Source: Rebecca billardiae RCC1528
Lineage: Eukaryota; Protista; Haptophyta
Length of the DNA: 64,000 nt
Direction: 5' to 3'
NCBI GenBank assembly: GCA_965240325.2
Contig: OZ251251.1
Location: forward strand, 806,001 to 870,000
Position numbers and translations under genes: made by a program. Below are positions 62,779-64,000 of the stretch, piece by piece. The notes under the pieces were generated by a model. That model was not told the origin of the DNA. It searched no databases and saw only the letters and a program-made list of their open reading frames with translations. The stretch's first letter is position 1. Each line of letters begins with the position of its first letter.

Positions 62779-64000
62779 CGGCGCAGCAGCTGCAGCGGAG
62801 GCGGCAGGAGGTGCTCGCCGCGCTGCTCGGGCCGGACCACGGCGCGGCCGCCGTCGCCGCGATGGACGCGGCCGCCGCCGAGCCGGGCGGCACCGCGGCC
62901 GCCGCCGCCGAGCGCCGCGCGCCGCCCGCCTCGCCGCCCGCCGCCGCCGCCGCCGCCGCGCCCGCCGCCGCCTCTGACGGCGCGGCGTGGGCGTGGGACG
63001 AGGCGCAGCTGGGCCGCGCGCACGACCTGCTCGACGGGCTCGGGCTGGCGTGGCTGCTCGACGTGCGCGCCACGCGCTCGCTCGACGAGCGCCTCGCCGG
63101 CCCGGCGCCCAGCGCGCACGCGGCGCGCGGCGGCGGCGGCGCGCACTCGGCGCGGCGCGCGCGCGGCGCGGGCGGCGGCGCGCGCGGCGGCGGCGGCGGC
63201 GGCGCGGAGGGCGTGAGCGCGGCGGCGGCGCGCCGGCTGAGCAGCGACGCGGGCGGCCGCGTGCGCGCCTCCCTCGCCGCCTTCCTCGCCGCCGCCGCGC
63301 GCGCCGTCGCCGCCGCCGCCGCCGCGCGCCGCGCGCTGCTGCCGCTGCGCGCCGCGCTGGCCCTCGCCTTTGACCAGACGCGCGCCGAGCTCAAGCCGGG
63401 GCAGCAGGGCGCGGCGGGCGCGGCGGGCGGCGGCGGCGCGCTCGGCGGCGCGAAGGCGGCGGCGCTCGACGCGGCGCGCGCGCGCGTCTCCGCGCTGCTC
63501 GCCGGCGCGGCGGGCGGCGCCGCCGCGGGCGCGACGCGCGAGGGGGCCGCCGCGCGCGCCGCCTCGGCCGCCGCCGCCGCCGCCGCCGGCGCGGCGGCCG
63601 CGGGCGGCGCGGCGCCGCCCTCAGGGCTCGTGGGCGCGGCGCGCCGGCCTGGCTCGGCGGGCGGCTCGCGCCGCGGCTCGCTCGGCGCCGAGCTCGACGC
63701 GGACGAGCGCTGGGCGCTCGCCGAGCTCTCGCGCGCCGTGCGCTCGCGCGTCGCCACCGCCGACGCCGCGGTGGCGCGCGCCGCGCAGCACGCCGGCCTT
63801 GGCGCGCTGCCGAGGCTCGGGCGCGGCGGCGCGGGTGCGGCGGGTGCGGCGGCGCCCGTGCTGCCGTGGGGCGAGGTGCTGCGCGGCTGGGCGGAGCTGC
63901 GCGTGCGGCTCGACACGGCGGGCGCCGCGCTCGCGGGGCTCACGCCGCCGCCGCCGGGCGGCGGCGGCGGCACGGCGCGCGGCGGCGCGGCGCGCGCCGC
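60543..64000 (+). CDS. Large protein (3' end outside window): coiled coil, CPHCG Zn-knuckle, IQ motif, polyQ, degenerate actin-fragmin-kinase-like domain
   Basis: Frame from ATG 60543 checked in register at several points; EQLRLLKLELAERDRQIRAL; VCPHCGQPL; LVQSWARGLLARARRR; VAWSELV...CFAFF...VALLKL...GEVLALELCAAIGAHTPPALLLERGSAEW. Confidence 0.6.

Overview
Very GC-rich eukaryotic nuclear DNA with short GC-rich spliceosomal introns (GTGCG...CAG) and Ala/Gly/Pro low-complexity insertions in most proteins. It is probably an algal genome of haptophyte (Pavlovales-like) type; this is an inference from composition, intron style and CCCTAA telomeric repeats. About 17 protein genes were reconstructed by eye: ABCC transporter (3' part), organelle-type 5'-3' exonuclease, Pro-rich LamG surface protein, Roadblock/LC7, PP2C, a stand-alone ProRS-type anticodon-binding-domain protein, a Sfi1-like repeat protein, a SAM-carrier-like mitochondrial-carrier-family protein, a TLC-like membrane protein, a 2423-aa DCX-like/Pin1-parvulin/MKP1-phosphatase fusion, a CxxxC thioredoxin, a small secreted Cys-peptide precursor, an AsmA/VPS13-C-like protein, NAAA/acid ceramidase, an IQ plus actin-fragmin-kinase-like protein (5' part) and two hypotheticals. 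Four structurally different non-autonomous mobile elements are present: (i) a 1.66-kb split-direct-repeat (A-x-B-A-y-B) element in (TA)n, (ii) two inverted copies of a 1.7-kb GAG...CTC element forming a 3.8-kb palindrome in (TA)n, (iii) a 5.6-kb foldback element with ~620-bp TIRs and 214-bp satellite arms, and (iv) a 2.6-kb TA-flanked CCGT...ACGG element with nested inverted-repeat modules. There is also an interstitial telomeric insert flanked by a 20-bp duplication. No rRNA, tRNA or CRISPR array was seen. All domain calls come from motif recognition, not database searches.
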